From the NCBI GenBank assembly GCA_002774875.1, contig PCYM01000010.1:8645-72644 (forward strand): DNA of 64,000 bases. Direction: 5' to 3'. The translations under genes were made by a program, and so were the position numbers. How positions within the stretch are numbered: the first letter of the stretch is position 1; each line of letters starts with the position of its first letter. This DNA comes from Candidatus Uhrbacteria bacterium CG10_big_fil_rev_8_21_14_0_10_50_16 (GTDB lineage: Bacteria > Patescibacteriota > Patescibacteriia > UBA9934 > UBA11717). Below are positions 60,561 to 64,000 of the stretch, in pieces. Under the pieces are notes generated by a model that saw nothing but the letters and a program-made list of their open reading frames with translations, did no database searches and was not told where the DNA came from.

Positions 60561-61127
60561 ATGATGATCACACCAGAACAACGACGAAACGGCATTATCG
60601 GTATTATTATTTTGTGTTTATTGGCAATCCTACTTGTTTGGTTCTTCTTGTTCCGATCGCCTGCGGAGACACCGGTGGAGCTGGATCCTGGAGCTGTTCC
60701 AACGGCAAACGTAAAGGACAATACAACGACCCCCTCTGTTGCACCGCTTATAAGTCCGGACACGGCAAATGCAAAAACGGTTACGCGGAATTTTGCGGAG
60801 CGATTTGGGACTTATTCAACAGACGTGCCGTTTACCAACATCGAAGAAGTAAGAGAGCTTGCAACACCCGAGTATTTTGCGCAATTGCAGAGTCAGGTAT
60901 TTACGTTGCCTGAGGGAACGGAATATCAGGGTCGTACCACACGCGCGATTTCTACAGAGCAGACGAGTGGGAGTGAGACGAGTGGAGTTATGACGTTTTC
61001 TGTGACGGTACAACATGAAATCACCACCGGGAATCGCTTAAATGCAGAATTACAGTATCAAACTGCACAGGTCGCAGTGGAAAAACGAGGATCTGTGTGG
61101 CTTGTTAGTAGCTTCACATGGCAGTAG
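60561..61127 (+). CDS. Bitopic membrane protein (N-terminal TM plus about 150-aa extracytoplasmic domain), candidate VirB8-like component
   Basis: Topology and size only; no sequence motif. Confidence 0.4.
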   Translation: MMITPEQRRNGIIGIIILCLLAILLVWFFLFRSPAETPVELDPGAVPTANVKDNTTTPSVAPLISPDTANAKTVTRNFAERFGTYSTDVPFTNIEEVRELATPEYFAQLQSQVFTLPEGTEYQGRTTRAISTEQTSGSETSGVMTFSVTVQHEITTGNRLNAELQYQTAQVAVEKRGSVWLVSSFTWQ

Positions 61128-61813
61128 GATTGTTTAAAACATTGAAAGACACAATCTTCCCCCTGAGCTGTGTTGGTTGCCAGCGCGACGGTGAGCTGTT
61201 ATGCACTGTATGTCGTGCTGGTTTTGTTTTTAGAAACACACAGCATTGCCCCGTTTGTGAAGCGCCAACTGTGTATGGCTCTACATGTGCGGAACATGTG
61301 GGAGGTGATTTGGATGGTGTGGTTGCGCTTGGGTGGTATGCAAACCCGCAATTACAAACGCTGATTCGTCAGTGGAAGTATGGGTATGTGCGCGAGGCAG
61401 AGCCGGTGATTGAGAGATTGGTTTCCGTCTGGATGAATCAAACCCAGCAACTACCCACGGGGGAGTGGGTAGTTGTGCCGGTGCCGTTACACCCGATTCG
61501 AGAGCGTCAGCGGGGATTTAATCAGGCGAGTATTTTAAGCCGTATGGTATCCGATGAGCTCGGGATTCCGATGGATACTTTGATTCTTATACGAACACGA
61601 CATGTCCTTAAGGCTCAAGCGAAGATGGAAGACAAAACCAAACGTGCAGCTAATCATTTGGACCATTTCCGTGTAGACGGGCAGGCGCCGCGCCAGGTTA
61701 TCTTGGTCGACGACGTCTATACAACGGGCAAGACCATGCAGGCCTGTGCGCGTGTCCTTAAACGCGCAGGCGCTCAGACTGTTTGGGGGTGTGTTCTTGC
61801 GCGTGGGGATTGA
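61118..61813 (+). CDS. comFC: ComF-family protein (ComFC: N-terminal 4-Cys zinc finger plus phosphoribosyltransferase domain)
   Basis: CVGCQ...CTVC...CPVC...C Zn-finger cysteines and PRTase motif VILVDDVYTTGKTM. Start overlaps the upstream gene by 10 nt. Confidence 0.8.
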   Translation: MAVGLFKTLKDTIFPLSCVGCQRDGELLCTVCRAGFVFRNTQHCPVCEAPTVYGSTCAEHVGGDLDGVVALGWYANPQLQTLIRQWKYGYVREAEPVIERLVSVWMNQTQQLPTGEWVVVPVPLHPIRERQRGFNQASILSRMVSDELGIPMDTLILIRTRHVLKAQAKMEDKTKRAANHLDHFRVDGQAPRQVILVDDVYTTGKTMQACARVLKRAGAQTVWGCVLARGD

Positions 61814-61999
61814 CGAAGAGAAGATTGTCTGCTGGCGTGCGCGTAGAGGTGTCATGAAGATACTCATGTTGATTGGTTTGTTGGTTGTGTGCGTGCCGTG
61901 AAAGGTGCAGAGCCGCCCACGCCTGATACTGCCATCATTCGCACTATAAGCGTTAAGGTGCTCCCTCAAGAGGTCCGTCTGGACCTTCTTATTTTTTAC

Positions 62000-62015
62000 G
62001 AGAGAGTGGGATTCG
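62000..62015 (-). repeat. Partial degenerate copy of the tRNA-Ser(UGA) 3' end (GAGAGAGTGGGATTCG), about 165 bp from the intact gene
   Basis: 16/16 identical to 62186-62201 and then diverges at the same T-loop position as the tRNA-Val fragment at 24538. Confidence 0.55.
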
Positions 62016-62180
62016 CCCTCGTGTCAATTTTCTGCAGAAAATTATATTCGAGTCCAGGCCTCGCGATGCGTCGTGCTCGTCGCATATCGCTCCGGCCGTT
62101 CGAATCCGTCGCACATGCCCTGTGGCATGTGCTCCACCTCGCCAAAGAAAAAAGCCCGCCTTACGACGAGCATTTTTCTT

Positions 62181-62268
62181 TGGCGGAGAGAGTGGGATTC
62201 GAACCCACGAGAGCTTGCGCCCTACTGGTTTTCAAGACCAGCGCCATCGACCACTCGGCCATCTCTCC
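62181..62268 (-). tRNA. tRNA-Ser (anticodon UGA)
   Basis: Acceptor GGAGAGA/TCTCTCC, anticodon stem CTGGT/ACCAG, loop CTTGAAA, long variable arm, T-arm GTGGGTTCGAATCCCAC, CCA. Confidence 0.85.
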
Positions 62269-62514
62269 AAATTGTGGCAACACGTCCGGAACCGTTGTTG
62301 CAAATCATCTCTTCGGCTCAGGTCCTCGTGATCTGGCAAGCTCTCTCAGCTGGGCAAACTCACGATCCTCGTTTATCGGAGGATCAGGCTCGGGATCAGG
62401 TGCCTGCTGAGGCTTGACCACTTGAGCCGGGAATCGACACACCGAAGGAACCTCACCTTGCTCTACGGTCATGTTGCCTCCAGCAGCTGACGTCCAAGCG
62501 TGAACGTCATGTGC

Positions 62515-62603
62515 TGGCGGAGAGAGAGGGATTCGAACCCTCGCGCCGGCGAACCGACCTAACGGATTAGCAATCCGTCCCCTTCAGCCTCTTGGGTACC
62601 TCT
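62515..62603 (-). tRNA. tRNA-Ser (anticodon GCU)
   Basis: Acceptor GGAGAGG/CCTCTCC, anticodon stem ACGGA/TCCGT, loop TTGCTAA, long variable arm, T-arm GAGGGTTCGAATCCCTC, CCA. Confidence 0.85.
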
Positions 62604-62703
62604 CCAAGGCAGGAGTACTCTACTATATTGGCACAATAGAATCAAGGGCGTCGCCCAATATCATCCACACGACGCTTTTTGCGTTTTCCGCTATACTGGG
62701 CGC

Positions 62704-63225
62704 ATGGACGAAGCACAATGGGAAAAAATCCAAGATGAGATTGATCCTCGCTACGGGGAGGTGGTTATGTATTGGACGATGGACGAGTTTCATCAACATG
62801 AACGTTCCAACGCCTGGTACGTGATTTTTCTTATTCTGGGTCTGGGACTCATTTTGTCTGCGATCCTCACGTCTAATTACGTATTTGCCGTGTTGCTGGT
62901 GCTTATTGGGACCTTTATGATTCTGCAGCATTTCCGGGACCCAGAGAACGTACCGATTTTGGTGTTGACGGCTGGGTTGAGTGTTGGCGAACATTACTAT
63001 CCTTGGGACGAGATCAAGGATTTCTGGGTGGCGTTTGACCCACCTCATGTGAGTAAGCTCTATGTGGACTTTAACAAGTCGAGTGAACCGTTTATCAGTA
63101 TCGATTTGCCCGAGGACATGGACCCCAACGAGATTCGAGAGACAATGCTTGAATTTACGCAGGAAAGCGTGACCCGCAAGGAAGAGTCCTTGACAGACTA
63201 TATCCGAAGGCTGTATAAGTTATAG
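62704..63225 (+). CDS. Hypothetical membrane protein (2 TM)
   Basis: 173-aa ORF. CGCTATACT -10 box 6 nt before the ATG (leaderless arrangement). Confidence 0.45.
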   Translation: MDEAQWEKIQDEIDPRYGEVVMYWTMDEFHQHERSNAWYVIFLILGLGLILSAILTSNYVFAVLLVLIGTFMILQHFRDPENVPILVLTAGLSVGEHYYPWDEIKDFWVAFDPPHVSKLYVDFNKSSEPFISIDLPEDMDPNEIRETMLEFTQESVTRKEESLTDYIRRLYKL

Positions 63226-63234
63226 CGCTTCCAT

Positions 63235-63311
63235 GTACCCGTAGCTCAGCTGGATAGAGCGTTGGCTTGCGGAGCCAAAGGTCGCACGTTCAAGTCGTGC
63301 CGGGTACACCA
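63235..63311 (+). tRNA. tRNA-Arg with anticodon GCG
   Basis: Acceptor GTACCCG/CGGGTAC, Arg-like D-arm GTAGCTCAGCTGGATAGAGC, anticodon stem TTGGC/GCCAA, loop TTGCGGA, T-arm GCACGTTCAAGTCGTGC, CCA. Confidence 0.7.
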
Positions 63312-63525
63312 CAAAAGGGATCAACGATAGTTGGTCTTTTTTGTTTGGTTACCCGTGCGCGACTTGAACCAGGGGATGGTAAGGAGATAAACAATCCCTT
63401 GACATAAATCAACAATGCGAACCTTTATATCACGTACCAAGAATTTCACGCATGATAAAATATCAAAACACCGACGATCGTCGCGTGTTTGAAACCTCCC
63501 CATTTACTCATTAACGGGGAGATTT

Positions 63526-64000
63526 ATGTTATCTGGAACAGAGCAATGGCTCATGGCGATAGAGGATGTAATATTACTATCACGTGATTTTACCCACGAA
63601 GTTGGAATGACAACGGGTGACGCACGGATTCTTCGACATGCATACAGCACGCATGATGCGAGACAAAATATAAAACGGTTAGCAAACAGAGAATTTATTA
63701 AGATTAGGAAGATTGAAGATGGGATTGTTATTCAATTAACAAATAATGCTCAGTTATCGTTAATGAAAGCGCGCATTAAGTCCGTTGAGCGAGATCTTCC
63801 ATCGCGAGAATACTGTATGGTTGCGTTTGATATCCCTGAAAGTTCAAGAACCGTACGGAATGCTTTTCGTCACTTTTTACAACAATCAAACTTTACTCAA
63901 TCTCAGAAAAGTTTATGGTTAACCAAGAAGGATGTGGGCTCGGATATGATTAAGTTGGTTTATCGATTAAAGCTTGAGGAATGGGTAAATGTTTATGTTG
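63526..64000 (+). CDS. PaaX-like / Cas2-like domain protein (3' end runs off the window) in an AT-rich segment
   Basis: Own translation MLSGTEQWLMAIEDVILLSRDF...YCMVAFDIPESSRTVRNAFRHFLQQSNFTQSQKSLWL. The latter block resembles the Cas2 / PaaX C-terminal fold. About 36% GC versus about 49% elsewhere. Confidence 0.35.
   Translation, partial: MLSGTEQWLMAIEDVILLSRDFTHEVGMTTGDARILRHAYSTHDARQNIKRLANREFIKIRKIEDGIVIQLTNNAQLSLMKARIKSVERDLPSREYCMVAFDIPESSRTVRNAFRHFLQQSNFTQSQKSLWLTKKDVGSDMIKLVYRLKLEEWVNVYV

Noticed and set aside
62269-62514. 55-aa minus-strand ORF between the two tRNA-Ser genes
   Set aside because: Short, Pro/Glu-rich, no RBS or conserved promoter box. More likely non-coding spacer.

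Overview
This 64 kb window reads as a compact bacterial chromosome segment using the standard code (UGA is a stop; prfB keeps its UGA-dependent +1 frameshift). Overall GC is about 48-50%, and short ORF-free, well-delimited intergenic regions separate most genes. The housekeeping content is clear: RNase J, UvrA, ribosomal protein L19, RluD-like pseudouridine synthase, ValS-TyrS-ArgS in a row, bactofilin, NusA, YidC, GroES/GroEL, PrfB, YrdC/TsaC, RsmA, SecG, a DsbA-like oxidoreductase, a ZnuA/TroA-like binding protein and nine tRNAs. Several proteins carry low-complexity N- or C-terminal extensions, and many starts sit only 6-10 nt downstream of a TGnTATACT -10 box, which suggests leaderless mRNAs. 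Together with a giant cysteine-rich secreted protein, this is consistent with a reduced-genome, possibly episymbiotic (Patescibacteria/CPR-like) organism, but that assignment is inference only. The most interesting region is ~39.2-61.8 kb. A Ca-binding membrane protein and a 3158-aa Cys-rich secreted giant (39885-49361) are followed by a minimal Gram-positive-type T4SS-like module: lipoprotein, M23 cell-wall hydrolase, VirB6-like polytopic protein, 649-aa Pro-rich protein, PrgI/VirB3-like protein, a VirB4-like ATPase split across two overlapping ORFs, and a bitopic protein. This module is translationally coupled to comFC, with no relaxase or VirD4 coupling protein in view, which suggests a ComB-like DNA-uptake or host-interaction machine rather than a conjugative one. 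Other notable points are several sharply high-GC islands (about 58-66% GC), one of them flanked by ~125-bp direct repeats. Four tRNA loci show duplicated or inverted copies of their own 3' ends nearby. The window also contains a 24-nt perfect palindrome fused to tRNA CCA ends, a repeated structured intergenic element, tRNA-Ile(UAU) and tRNA-Arg(GCG), and an AT-rich segment with a PaaX/Cas2-like ORF at the right edge. No CRISPR array, rRNA, transposase or integrase was seen.
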